A stretch of 64,000 nt of DNA from Octopus vulgaris (Eukaryota), in contig OX597817.1 of NCBI GenBank assembly GCA_951406725.2, positions 106,702,001 to 106,766,000 on the forward strand, in the 5' to 3' direction. Shown here piece after piece: positions 36,036-49,836 of this stretch (position 1 is the first letter of the stretch; every line of letters begins with the position of its first letter). Both the position numbers and the translations under genes were made by a program. The notes under the pieces were generated by a model. It had not been told where the DNA came from. It searched no databases and saw only the letters and a program-made list of their open reading frames with translations.

Positions 36036-37836
36036 CTGATATGAAATAGTGGTACACTAATTATTAAGGCTTACTCTACTGAACTTGAGAATTATAAATT
36101 ACATAATCTTTCCAAAATTTAATTGAAAGTAGAGAAAGAAGAAAAAAGAACCAATACTATTTATAACTCATTTAATTTTGTCATCAAGTAGTCAACACAT
36201 GTTTCAGGAATAGCTTTATTAGTTTAAAAATATATTCCTTTTAGCCTTATGAAATGATTTACCACACCAGCAGGTGATAAAAACATCTCATTTTATGACC
36301 CTTATATTGTGAAGTAATCACTAGATACAGGTCATATTCAGTTTTTAAAATGCACACATATTTGGAAGAAGCTCATCCAAAAGTGACCATCTAAAGGTTA
36401 GTTATATATGTAATTTAAATAAACACAGAGTATCTTTTACAAACACCACCATAATCTGCAATCTTTATTCAATTGCAACAAAGCTATATAGTTTAGGTGT
36501 AAAACCAGAGAAAGCAAAAGATAAATGTAGGTAGCTTGAAAAGTAGCAGAAAACATTTAGATTAACTTAAGCAAACTTCTAGTATAATTAGCAATAAATG
36601 AAAAAAATTATCAAGTATAACTATTAGTCAATCCTGGAAGGACGTAACTCTAAAAATTGTTTCAAATAAAATATGTAGAACAGCTGTATATTAGACATAA
36701 GAAATATTGGTAAGTTTCCAGAAAGAAAAATGTAGCTGTGATTATAATGAGGCATGAAAGTAAGCTAAATAAAATATCAATAATGAAGATTAGGTAAAGT
36801 ATGATACTGACAGAAAAGATAAGATGAGCACTTAAGTAGTGAAACAACTTAATCTGTCTCAGGGAAGCTACATTTGAAGCTCAACAACTATGTCTCTCTA
36901 TAAATTTATAAAATTAAATTAAAATTCTAAAATAGAATAAAAGAAAAAAGTCCTTGAAGTTTTGCTATTAAAGTACTCTGGGAAACGTAAGTGTGAATAC
37001 TAAGAAAAAACAGCTTAAAAGGTAAGAAACTTAGCATACTTAAAGTACTGTTTAGAAGACATACATTGAAATAAAATACAAGATAATTCCTCAGTAAATT
37101 GCATTTCTATTAATCTATAAATTACTTTGAAAGTAGAACTATCTGGCAAGAAGCAAAAACAAAAGAAAAAAATTTAAAAAAGCTAGCATAGTCATGTGAT
37201 TAAATTTGCTTTACAAACATGTTCAGGGTTTGATATCACTGTGTAGCACCTTGGACAAATATCTTTGACTGTAGCCCTAGGTTGACTAATGCTTTGAAAG
37301 TAAAATTTGGTAGCTTGACATTGTGCACAGCAGAAAGTGTTTCTTTACTTATGATGGTATGTAAATGCTTCAAACATTCTTAAATCACCAATGTTAGCAT
37401 AAAGTATGGCTTACTGATTAGAGACCTTTTCAGAAATTTAGAGATCATGAAATTCACTACAAGGTTCTTAAGAAGTATACAGCAGTCTAAGGCTTTGGCT
37501 GTTAAAGATTTCAAGTTGATAAATATTTAAAGAACATATAACGTAGTTATATTAAATATTAGCATTTTAGAAAGGCTGACGGATAATGAATTCTAACACA
37601 TAGAGCAGACAATTTAGGTCATTACTGAAGCTGTCTGGTCTTAGCATTGAAACACCATGCTAAACTAAAAATGAAAGTGTAAGAAATCATTCTAAATTGC
37701 AATGTTGTTCAACATCAATATTTGAGGTAATATTGCAAGGCAGTACAAAAATGTATCATTGCAAACATAAAATTTAAGATACACAAAGACACACAGACGA
37801 ACAGATAGGCAGGAAAATGGAGATATCAAAACTTAC

Positions 37837-38000
37837 TCTCTGGATAGGAAGGGGGAGGGTATACTGGATAATGGTTGCTTTGGTTGGCAGGAACACCATA
37901 ACTATAGTGTGAATGGGGTAGTGGATGATACTTGTTACTTGGGGGATCATCATAGGTACTTTTGGACATTCCTTGAGGGCCTGACTTCCCCAGACTCACT
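37837..38000 (-). CDS. PROM1: Prominin-like tail exon (164 nt), Tyr/Pro-rich, contains PPSY
   Basis: ttgtag / A|gtaagt; phase 2 to 1: VSLGKSGPQGMSKSTYDDPPSNKYHPLPHSHYSYGVPANQSNHYPVYPPPSYPE. Confidence 0.8.
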
Positions 38001-38531
38001 CTACAACGGATACAAGAAAATCATAGTATTCACTACTCAGAATAGCAAACAATTTAGCAACAAATAAATAAAAAGCATTCTATATATTAACAATTTTAAA
38101 GCAAAGCAAAAAGTGTAGTAAAAAAAAAGTTAGATAAACTGAAAATAAAAATAAAAAATTAGAAATTTTGCAGAGCAATGTTAACAGTGAGATGTGCTGA
38201 AAAGTGTGTTTGTTACAGAATTTTATTTTAATTATCAAATATTCTCATATCTATCTGATACAGCCAAATTCCCATTAATCATGTCTTAAAATGTAAAATG
38301 AAATCTTTGAAGTCTCATATCTCATTCAGAAAACACATACCAAACTTTTTCTCCAAAGAACTCTGTCCAAAATGTTGGAAACTTTTCATATTGGTAGCAT
38401 ATCAACTTAAATCATCTTACTTTTATACTAATAAATACAATTTTTTTAGTGATGCAGATCAGCATCAGTCTTTTTTTAATTTTTATCTTTCACAATTTAT
38501 CATTTTATTCAGATAAAAACTGGTATAAAAT

Positions 38532-38566
<35 letters not shown>

Positions 38567-41500
38567 ATGTATGTATATATATATATATATGAGTCTGAAA
38601 AGTAGTGCTATATAACCATTTCAAACACCCCTAGAGTGTATACTTAGCAGAGAAAAATAAGCAGGGAGGAGAGATGATGAAGCCTGAGGTAGATCCCATG
38701 AGGAAGAAGAGCAACATGTACTGTCATGTAGCACCCTGTTGAGGCAAAGAGCAACAATATTGTTTACACAAAGCTTTCAGGAATAAGCAGCAGAATCAGC
38801 AAAACGAAGAGAATTTTTGCACGGTGTCATTATATATGGCTCAGTGTTTGAAGGCAAAGAGATCAAGAATGTGAAATTAAGAAGTGAAGTCAGGAACATG
38901 ACCTGGAGCAGACTTTAAAATCAAATAGTGCTGAGCAGGATTTACATTCTTAAACTCTTCATTTTTAAACTTTTAAAACAAAGCCATATTAGTAAGTATT
39001 TAATAGTGTAAATAATATTGGTATGTTTAATTAATATGTAAATTCTCATTTTATTGTTGCTAATTATAAATAGGAATTGAATTAGGCTGCTAAAAAGTGG
39101 GAATTTTGCCTTCATAGGATTGGTTTTTCTCTATGGTTTACAACAGAATTAAGTAAATGAGAGACAGTTCTCTCCAGATACAAATTCCAGTGAGACCACT
39201 ATTATTTTACAACACTGAATTATATCACCTCAATCCAACTTAGAGCTAAGTAGACTGCTCTTGAGAAAGTCTTGGCCATGGATTCAATACAGTATCACAG
39301 ACAGGACATAAACTAGTAATCTTTGATTGGCTGTGCAGTACCTTATTGACACATTCATCTACAGCTACCAGTAGAATAAAAATGATTTTGAATGAGTGAA
39401 ATAAAAATGTAATCATTTTGTAGGTATCTGTATTCTAATTGAAGGTGGATTATATGAAACAGATATAGAGCTAAAACCATTAAACAATAATACATTAGAT
39501 TTCATTTAATCAAAGATTGTACTTTCCATTAACATTGTTATTTTGGATTTCACACAGTTGTTTGTACCATCTTTAACAATCCCTCACTCTCCCCATACAC
39601 TCTTGCAACATTTACTGCCTCACTTTTCTCAACCTTCTGTCCTTACTTTCTCTTCCATTCACATTCTTGTACCTTGGGGCACAGTTTATCGTGATTATTC
39701 CTACCCACTCATACGAAGTAAAGTTGCCATATATTTCCACTGCAGCAAGGAACCAGTCCCTTTTTCATACTTTAACCTTTCAACACTTAGCATAAAGTAG
39801 CCTCCCTCTGGTATATTCTGTAAAGTGGTTGGTGTTAGGAAGGGCATCCAGCCAAGACAGACATTGAAACATGACAAAGTTCTTCAACTCAACAAGATCC
39901 TGTTGAACTAGATAACATATCCCAGCATGGAAGACAGAAGTTAAATGATAATGATGAAGAATTATGATCAATAAGACTGATCTCTTCTCTGAACTGAGAT
40001 CATGTAATTGCCATATAAGCTTGAATCTGCATTTGAAATACAAGAAAGGAAAACACCAAAGAAAAAACAATCTTCAGAATTTTGAAGAACAAACTAGACA
40101 ATATAACTCCAAAATGCTGAAATAGAATACTGAATGATATAGTTACTACAGGAGAGAATTCGTTTTGGCTGTCACCCTTAACTGAGTATGACTTAGACGC
40201 AAAAGAGGTTTTTATTTTTTTTTCATGAGGGAACTTTAATGATGTTTTGCTCTTTTATATGATTATAGAGCAAAGGTGTTGAGACTACTCTGTCTGTAGA
40301 TAATACAGAAAACTATGGTAGTCCTGGCAAAGTGAATCTTGCTCAAGATTGTTTGTTTTTTTTTTCTTCCAGTTATTTCATCTGGTTTGACTGTAGAATT
40401 TTTCCTGCAATTGAAAGGAAATCCCTCAAAAGTTTCCAGTCCAGCTGGTAAATGTTTCACTTGTATGTGGTGACTAAGTGATCTTGAATTGTTGAGAGAG
40501 CTTACTGTAGTTCCAGCATTCTCTGAAGAATTTGAAAAGTCTATAGTGTAATTCCTCATATTTATAGACTTTTATGACACTAGGAGCTTTCCCTAATTTT
40601 GGCAGTTGCCATCTCCTTTATATTCAGAAACAGATCCAATCTGGTATCTTGTCAAATTTGTTGGGTACATTCCAGTGCTTCTTAAGACTCTAAGGGCCAT
40701 TTAACAGCTCCTAAGATGTTCCTGCCAACATTTCATGAAGTTACTTTTCTCAGTGTAGATGTATGAACCATCTTTATTCCTCACTTGTGTGTTATCACTT
40801 TTCTGCAGACTGTACACTTCTTTCACACTAGCACAGAAAGATCTTCGCATCATGATAATTAGCAAAGGTTTGAATTTTTTGTCTGCCTTTTTATCCTACC
40901 ATCAGTGTTTCAGAGGCTGCAGCTCCATTTGTAGCAAGCCGTTCACACCTTTGAATCAGCCAGTAGCTTGCAGTGTACTCCATCCAGCTTGATGAAACTT
41001 TTGTCCTTCAGATAATAGCTGTTCTATTTTTACATTATTTTCATTAAACCAGTCATAGCATAAAAAGAATAGAAATACATTTATTATTAATGAAAACCAA
41101 TTTGTGAGGTTACATGTTCAACATTAAAATGACCATTCTTATTATACGGCTTTAATGATAACCTGTAAGTGAGGAGTAATTTCAGAAACTTATTGACATT
41201 ACCTGAGAGTCTCGTGACACAATCATGCAGATGTATTTTAAAGTTTGTGACTGACAATTGAATCATGGTGAACATACTAATTATCTCAAGTAGGATATAA
41301 AAGAGCAAATGACAGCTTTAACACATTACATTAAAACAAAGAAGAAAAGTAACATGCTAGATCAAACTGTATATAGCTAGTAAATGACAGGAATATTTGT
41401 TGTTGAATAGCTCTGATTAGTTCTACTAGAGCATCCCTGCTGCATGAAAGTAATTTATTTCTATCAATTCTTACAAGATTACATTTAGATATTTTAATTA

Positions 41501-42359
41501 TTTCTTTATCTGTGTCATTAAATTGGTTGAGGCACTGAGAATGTCTTCTGTAAGTTCTGATACAAAACCTAAACCAAATAAGTTTTTACCTTACCATTTT
41601 ACAAAGGTATTTTCATCAATAAGAGGTGTTCTCCATGGTTGCTTTATCTATTAAATATAGCTACTAAATTCTTCTCAAACTACATCTTAACAAAGAAGGA
41701 TACATTGGATAACACAGGTTAGATACACTGTCTAAAAGATGGGAAGTGGTCATAGCTGGATTGCTATTTGATCAAAGGCCTGCTTGATCAGAACTAATCT
41801 GGAGCTAAAAGCACAACAAAGATTTTTGTGACTTGCTGAAGCTATTGCAAATACAGACACAGAAAGTGAACTTCTAAACATTGGCGGAGAAATGTAGTAC
41901 AAAAGAATCCAGGAATCTAGTCTTTTGTACACATCAATGCTGATGATGATAATAGTAATAATAAAAGGGTATCACAATTTGTGAATAGAGATTTTCTATA
42001 TTAATTGCAATATAAAATGATGGAATGGAATGTAAATTAGATTTAAGGCTATTCATGCAGGAAATTATAGTGATAAATTCAAATAAGAGATGGTAAAAGA
42101 TACACACATAAAACATAAAGAGAGCCTTAAATAGATGAGATTATAAGGTAAAACTGAGTTTTAAAACATGCAGCTGTGAATATAACTAAAATTCAAAAAT
42201 TATCCTGAATGTTTTGCCTGATATAGATAAAAGCTTTACAAGTCTCATCAAAGATGACTTTGAGAGTTTGGCAAACTTGATCTTCACCTTTAAGTATAAG
42301 GGGGTTGTTTTATAATTTCACAATTTTGTAGACTGGGAAAATTAACATAGGTAGAAATG

Positions 42360-42710
42360 TAACGTTGGGGCAGTAACACAGGTTTAAATGAATTTGGTGT
42401 GGTTAACATAAGTAATAACAAAAGTGGAGTAAAGAGATAGAAACGAATTTGGGGCAGTTAACACAAGTAGAGATGAATTTGGGATGGTTAACAGAGGTAG
42501 AGATGAATTTGGGGTGGTTAACAGGGGTAGAGATGACTTTGGGATGGTTAACACAGGTAGGTATGAATTTGGGATGGTTAACACAGGTAGAGATGAATTA
42601 GGAGTGGTCAACATAAACAGAGATGAAGTTGGGTGGTTAACATGGGTAGCAATGAAGTTTAAGAAGCAAAAACACAAAGGTGGGGCAGTTAACAGAGGAT
42701 AGTTAGAAAC
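42360..42710. repeat. 30-bp minisatellite in a prominin intron
   Basis: Unit approx. GGTAGAGATGAATTTGGGATGGTTAACACA; about 7 clear copies (42440-42650) with degenerate flanks. Confidence 0.9.
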
Positions 42711-44319
42711 AAGAAAACTATGAATATTATGCATAAGTTTCCATACGTCATTTTAAGACATTTCTATTTCCTGTATATCCAATTAGCATTGCTAATTGCA
42801 ATTCATATCTTTCAAAATTGGTACATCACCTGATTGTTGTATTTATGACATCGATATATAGTTAATAACAAAGATATTTTAAAAAATAAATGTAAATTTT
42901 AAATCTGCTTCTTTGTGCTAGCATGGGTTCAATGGAACTTCTCCAGCACAGCATCTTAACACTTCTCATGCAGTCATTTGTCTCTTTTGTGAGGTTTAGC
43001 AGTCTGAGATCAGCTTCTACCATTTCTCCCCATGTCTTCGTTTCCTGCAGGTTCCTTCCACTTTGATTGCTTGCAAGTTATTCACTAACATGTTAACCCT
43101 TCATAGGCATCACATATCTATAATGTCTATATCAGGACAGTTCCCTTTTTTGCAAACTACATTGGATTCCTCATACACACACACATATATGAATACACAC
43201 AGTCTCTTGCCAAGTGGCTTAGCTTGAAGAAGCTTTCTTACAATTCTTTCCTGTAATATTCTAATCACATGTCCGCAGTACCAAAGCTGCGACTCCTAGA
43301 TCTTTGAGCTATGCACCCTGTTGAGTAACCCCTCTCTACAGATTCCTCAGAAGAACCCCATTTCAGCTGCTTATGTTTGTGATTGTACTTTTGCTAATGG
43401 AAGAAAATTTGCACAATTTAAGTTTCTGTTGGACAAAAACTATTAAAATTTAGAGGGAACACTGAACAATTTTAAGTTGCTTCTTATTCAGAATATTCTA
43501 GAATGACATTATTTTAATAATCTTCTGGCGCTCATCATACTTCACCCTCTCTCAATAATTACTTTCCTTGGTTCCTTGGATGATTTTATTGCAATCTTAC
43601 AATCAGTATAGACTATGAATCCAATCAAAAATCCACATAATGGAAAAGTACATGCAGATATACATTACGGAGACCATAAAGTGTGTACAAGTATACCCAG
43701 TTAATTTCCTTTAAGTGTTACTTCACACAGCTTGTCTTAATTTTGTCATTTACATCTGAAGATCTTATACATACATGTGTGTTTCATTTTGTATTTTTCT
43801 CATTCTTTGCTTGTCTTAACTTATTTACTTGAAAGACTACTTGGGTTTTTTTCAGCTACCATCCTTGTATAAACATTTCCATTCACTTTTTTAGTCAATT
43901 CATCTACACTCTGGCAACTTCCATATTACCAACACCACCAGACCAAATAATATTGTGAGAAGGTGTTGAAATTGTAATGCTATTTATTTGGCTGACAAAT
44001 GAGGAAAGGTTGAGCATATTTAGGCTGTACTACCATTTTTTACCATAAACTGTTTTGCTGTACTTCTGTGCTACCTTTGTCATTATATATATATATCAAC
44101 TACTAATAATCCACAAGTTTCACACACATACAAAACAACTACTGTCTTTCAGATGCCTTTATAGATATGACTTGGATTGTGGAAACATATGAGTGTCCAT
44201 AGAGATTAATGCATATCAGGTTGCATGTGATAGTCTACCTAAGAGTAGGTTGTGAATTAGTGCAACTTCTAGATTATTCCATACCAAATTGAATGAACAA
44301 GCCAATGTGGGTAGGTCCT

Positions 44320-44495
44320 ATATCACTGCTTGACCTGCTAGAAACAGCAGTCAAATTTTCCTCAGATTATACTATCATGAAAAACAATGCATTAAACAGT
44401 CCTGGTCACAAAAATGGAATGCTCAAAGCTAAAATGTCCAATCATTGGTCTGCTCAACCAGGGATAATCCAGAGCTAAAGAAAATAAACACAACA
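44320..44495 (+). mobile_element. Representative of an old, abundant dispersed repeat. Related pieces near 1-185, 9850, 13735, 28290, 30365, 41630, 45790, 47620, 47800, 55210 and 57730
   Basis: Recurrent degenerate GCTAGAAATAGCAGCCAAAT...GGAATG..TTTGATCATAGGTCTGCTC..TCAG..CTAAACAACAAC. Confidence 0.6.
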
Positions 44496-47338
44496 ACAAG
44501 CACATAATGAAATTTTGCTGGCAATTGTCATTAATGACATTGCTAATAATAATTTGAAATACAAGTGAATAATGAGAATACAGGCTGAAATGAAATTTTA
44601 CATTAAACATGCAAAGATCACATTGATTAGCAATGACATTAAGTGATTGAGAGAAAAAAATGAATATAATTTTATGCTGCAGTAGAAATGTTGGTGTAAA
44701 ATGAAACTGACACATTTTTGGTATGTGCCCAAGCCAAAAATTCATATTACAGCAGCACCATATTAATATTTATTAATTAATGAATATTAATATTCATGGT
44801 AGCACCCATGTTAATAACAAATAATGAAGAAGGAGAACTTCTAACAATGCAGAGAGGGAAAGGTGAGTAACCTTTATATATTTCAGGCATAAAGACAAAT
44901 CATCAGAACGGAATGATTTAGAAATGTGAGTTCCCCTTTTTGCATTGTTTGAAGCCCTCCCTCGTTATTTATTATTTTACCTCTGTATCACAATGCTTCA
45001 AACAAACTATACTCTTCTATCGTAATACATGAATGCATTCATTCATTCATTCGTTCATCAAGAGTACAATAATTATCAGAGCACAACATTTATTTACCAA
45101 GATTATATCGATAGTCAACACACACATACACACACAATACATAAACCATCATTACAGCAAATGTTCACACACACACAAACATACATAACTCATTAAGTAT
45201 ACACCAACTATCATAACACACACATGTGCATGCACATACACACATACATACAACTGTCAAAATACAAGTGCATACATTAAGAGCATGATAACTATTACAG
45301 CATTCACACACTCACTAAAAGTATATCAACTATCACAATATTTCCTGTTAATACCTTTTTTTCAATTAAGTTTGAAAATTCATAAAAATAACTTAATTAT
45401 TAAACTGATATTTGGAACAAATTAACATTTAATTTAGATCACTTTAAAACAGGGAATTTCTATCTTAGAACCTGAGAGTAGTCTCAGGTTGATATCTAAA
45501 GAGTTAAAAAATTAGAGGGGGGTTATTGAAGTCAGTTTAGTGTTACGACATTGCTTTAACCCTTTCGATATGGATCTAAGACTGGCCCTGGCTTTATGAT
45601 ACAAACTTCCTGTTTAAAGTGATCTAAATTAAACCTGTTCATCAAAATTTCATGTTAATTTATGTTCCAAATATCAGCTCAATAACGACAAAATTATTTT
45701 CTAAATTCATTCACACACACATGTAAATATGTTGGGATAACATAACTATCACAACAAGCTCACAAGCATTCAAGCTAATACAAGGCCTACATAAAGTTAC
45801 CCAACCCACTAGAAAAAGTAGCCAAATTTCCCTGACGCCTATACATTGCCATCTTATAAAGAAAAAGAAAAAAGTCAGAGTGCATTGGGCAATGTACTGA
45901 AAATAAGATGAAATGGCTATGGTTTGAATACCTTTGATCATAAGTTTGCTTAATCAGAAATGATTTAAGGGGCCAAATATACACACATACATTAAGTGTA
46001 TAAAAACCATAATAACAAACCTTAGATATTAGACCCAATCTGTGGCCTAGTTTAACACTACCACCTGGCCCTTGCATACTTTCAGCAGAGTCAACTCTGC
46101 TGCAAGCCTTCAAGATAGGTATTCAATGTAGGGATGATTCCTCCATTCTCCTACCAATCTTGGAAACCCTAAAAAGGGTAGTAAGTGCTGCTCTCCACCT
46201 TCCTAATTAAGCCCTTAATAATTACAAGCCTACAAACAAACACTATAAATATCATACACATGAAAAGTAATCAAATACACACATACCTATATATATATAG
46301 TTACCCCACTGACATATTCGCATAATTGAAAAGGGATTTTAAAAAAAACCAATCCTTTCTACTATAGGCATAAAGCCTGAAATTTGGGGGAGGGCAATAG
46401 TCAATTACATCGACCCCAGTACTCGACTGGTACTCATTTTATCGACCCTGAAAGGATGAAAGGCAAGGTTGACCTCGGTAGCATTTGAACTCAGAATGTA
46501 AAGACGGACGAAATGCTGCTAAGCATTTTGCCCAGCGTGCTAACAATTCTGCCAGCTTGCCACCTTAGCTTTAAAAATAATAAAAATAATTTGTCACTTT
46601 GTTAGTAATTGGTCTGAATTCTGCAGAAGAAAAACATTTATGTATACATATCAATTGTACATTTAAACATGACAGTGAGATAGATTTTTCTTTTTTCTTT
46701 TCTTTTATAAAATATTAAATATGATATCAACCAATTTAAGAAAATTCTGGAAAGGGAGAAAAAACATTTCAACAATAAAGTGAAAAATTAGAAAAAAACT
46801 TCTAAATGCAACATTACACTGAGTTGAGTATAATATAAAAGAATATTTGTATTGAAGGGGGTGGGAGGACATATTGGGCACAGAAAGAAGAGGTAGAAAA
46901 ACTGTAAAGAAAACAAAACAAAACAAAGAAATGAGAGAGAGAGAGAGAGAGTAAGCAAGACTATTAATACAGTTATTTCTGAATGACTGGTGATTATAAG
47001 AGAGAAACGTTCTAGTAAGATCAGTAATAGAAATGAGTAGGATTTTGTAGAAGCATATACAAAGATTAGAAATGAGACAACGAATGAGTCTGAAAAGTTT
47101 AATTGAACAATGCTTTGACTAGTGGGCATGCAGAGGTGCAAATCATGCACAGCAGATAAATGTAGACCAACCAAGAAAAGTGCATTCTCATATATGGTCA
47201 GATATAAAGGTTTTAGTTAGAAAGAAAGAAAACAACAGGAATTATTTTAAGTAGTCAAATTTTTTCCAGTTGAATATTTTCTTTGAAGCAATTAGTTCTG
47301 ATCTAATCAATACTGTCTTATCTAGCAGGACTCTAGAT

Positions 47339-47593
47339 CGGTGGTTCTCAACCATTTTTTACCTGCGGACTCCTTTGATTCCTATTCTACTCAAGTAGAC
47401 CCTCCTAGCCATTCAATGCTTTAAAAATACTTTTATATTTTTTAAATTAAATATTATTAGGAATTGCATTAAAAAAATTGGTAAAATATTTTGTGTATTA
47501 TAGAAGTATAACCAATTTACTGCATATAAATTTTAGCTATAAAATCTTAAATGGACCCCTAAGGGTCATATGGACCCCAGTTAAGAACCATTG
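47339..47593. mobile_element. hAT (Charlie-like) MITE
   Basis: CGGTGGTTCTCAAC...GTTAAGAACCATTG; approximate TSD CTCTAGAT/TTCTAGAT; reverse complement of 56412-56627. Confidence 0.8.
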
Positions 47594-48799
47594 TTTTCTA
47601 GATGGTCATTAAAAACAAATGTATCACCATCTTAAAAATAAAGAACACATTGAATTTAGATGCATGTCTAAAAACAAAAGATAGTATGTTGTGGTTGGAA
47701 TGTTTTTGATCATAAGCCAATGCAATCAGAAATGATCTGGAATAAGCAACAACAACATTTACTAAATGAACCAAAGAAGAAATCTGTACGAGGTCAGTCT
47801 GCTAGAAATACTATTGAAGTTAAAAGTCTCTCAAATCAAATCATACCATTAAAAAAATAAATAAATGTACATAAAAAGACAGAATAGTCATAGATTGGAA
47901 TGGTTTTGGTTATTGATCTGCTCAATCAAGGCTGATCTAAAGTTAATCCCCTTGGCAAAAAAAAAAAATGGTTTTAATGTTATAAAATAAGATATTAACT
48001 ACATAACATCTACACAGAAGTATTGTGTTTTGAACAGAACTGAAAATTCTGCAGAAATTTTGATAGAAAAGAGAAAACAAACTTTGAACAGAAAAATTAG
48101 TTGAAAATGTGCAATCAGAGTTAACTAATATTTAGGCAAACTTAATAGAGCAACAATTTAGTTTTAAGTACAGAAGGATCCAGTTTGGGAGGAAGAAAAC
48201 AAAAACTATTTTAAGTACCAAAATCTTACTCCAGAAGTTAATTTCATGAGAATAAGTAACTGACACTCTTCATATTACAAATTATTGATTACATAAGTTA
48301 TGCAAGTAGTATTTTGTGAAGCAGATGAAAGTTGTAAATTTCTGAGCAATAAGTACACATTTTCTTCAAATTAGTTATAGCAAATTCATTATTATGTCAA
48401 TTTTCATTGTCATTTTCAAATAGTAACAAAATATAATTTAAATCTTATCTACAATCAAACCTTAAATCAATGTAATCACATCAAATAAGCTCATGTAAAA
48501 TTACAAGTAAGTACATTCTTATATTAGTAGTAAAACTCAACTGTATTGACAGGCAATACAATAGAAAATCAAGGAGCAGGAGATCATTACAATAATGATA
48601 CTTACTGGCATTGGTTTCAATTTAAAACTTACATTTGTAATTGCTTATCAAATGGAACATATGACAATACTTTTTTTTTTGACAGTCAAGTAAAATACTA
48701 CAACAGATTTTATAATCCATTGTAATGCCAGCAAAAATTGGGAGGAGATTTCTGGTTTGTAAGCAATGTGATTGAGGATCTCAGAAGACAGGTACTTAC

Positions 48800-48850
48800 C
48801 TAGACAGAGGTATATGATTATAATTTTCCCCATCAGAATAACTTTCATCA
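48800..48850 (-). CDS. PROM1: Prominin-like tail exon (51 nt): DESYSDGENYNHIPLS
   Basis: ctctgcag / AG|gtaagt; phase 2-2; resembles the acidic-Tyr...IPM segment of prominin tails. Confidence 0.85.
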
Positions 48851-49629
48851 CTGCAGAGATATGAATAACTACTCATCTAAACTATGACAAATTTGTATAA
48901 TATCTATACTTTTTAAGAGCAGAGCAGCATGATATAAAATATTTAGAAGTGAAATGGGAACAAATTTTATTAGCTACATTCATTTTAGTAAATATTTCGA
49001 AATAGATGAATTCAGCATTATCTTGCATAGGTTGGTAAATTGGTACTAAGACATTTTTCCTTTAGCTTAGAAGTTAGTTGGAAAACAGAATTAGAAAACA
49101 AAACAGATGAGCAAAGAGTGGGGAACATGGGCTGTTGGTTAGAAAAGAAACCAGAATTAGGTTCAAATGAGAAAAAGGGTTTAGGGATAATAAAAAAAAT
49201 TGAAAAAGAAGGGTTAATTGGGGAACTGAACTCAAGTGCAATATAATATAAAAAAAAAAAAAAACTTAAAACAGTTTAGGTTAGTCTTTATTTCCATAGA
49301 AAAGAACTTTTATTTTAATATTCTATATAGCTTGAATTATGTTCCAAATTAATTATGGTGACAACCACAAGGAAACTAATGGAAAACAGTTTTATTATTT
49401 TAAATGTTCAAGGTTATGCAGACAAACCAAATGTCAAAGAAAACTTCTCTTGCCTTAAATATAGTTGTCACAATAAGTTGATTTAGAATATAATTAATGA
49501 TACTGGGAATAAGTAAACAATAAACAAAACATCAACTGAAATTTGAACAGAACTCTGTAATACAACATTGTGAGATTTAAAAAGACATTAACATTTATGG
49601 AATACATTACTCCATAATGGAAAACAAAC

Positions 49630-49836
49630 CTATCAGGGATATCGGTTTGCTGAGACTTATCTGAAGTAGCAACACGCTGTTGCTGAGACTTATCTGAAGT
49701 AGCAACACGATGTTGCTGAGACTTATCTGAAGTAACAACACTATGTTGCTGAGACTTATCTGAAGTAACAACATGATGAGACTTATCAGAAGTAACATCA
49801 CGATGAGACTTATCAGAAGTAACACCACGATGAAGC
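49630..49836 (-). CDS. PROM1: Candidate prominin cassette exon (207 nt) encoding six TSDKS repeats
   Basis: cttctttatag / AG|gtttgt; phase 2-2, open; 27- and 33-bp units, both multiples of 3. Confidence 0.65.

Noticed and set aside
37017-37142. Strong minus-strand acceptor at 37142 giving an alternative prominin end (NSSTFKVIYRL...)
   Set aside because: Peptide has intron-like composition, and the nearby donor is phase-incompatible with downstream exons. Cannot be supported without RNA data.
40263-41040. Minus-strand ORF fragments
   Set aside because: Look like a heavily decayed LINE remnant, too degraded to classify; no splice-compatible exon found.
41193-41240. 48-nt minus-strand segment with AG/GT ends
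   Set aside because: Open only in phase 1; the required phase 2 hits a stop after three codons, and the acceptor is weak.
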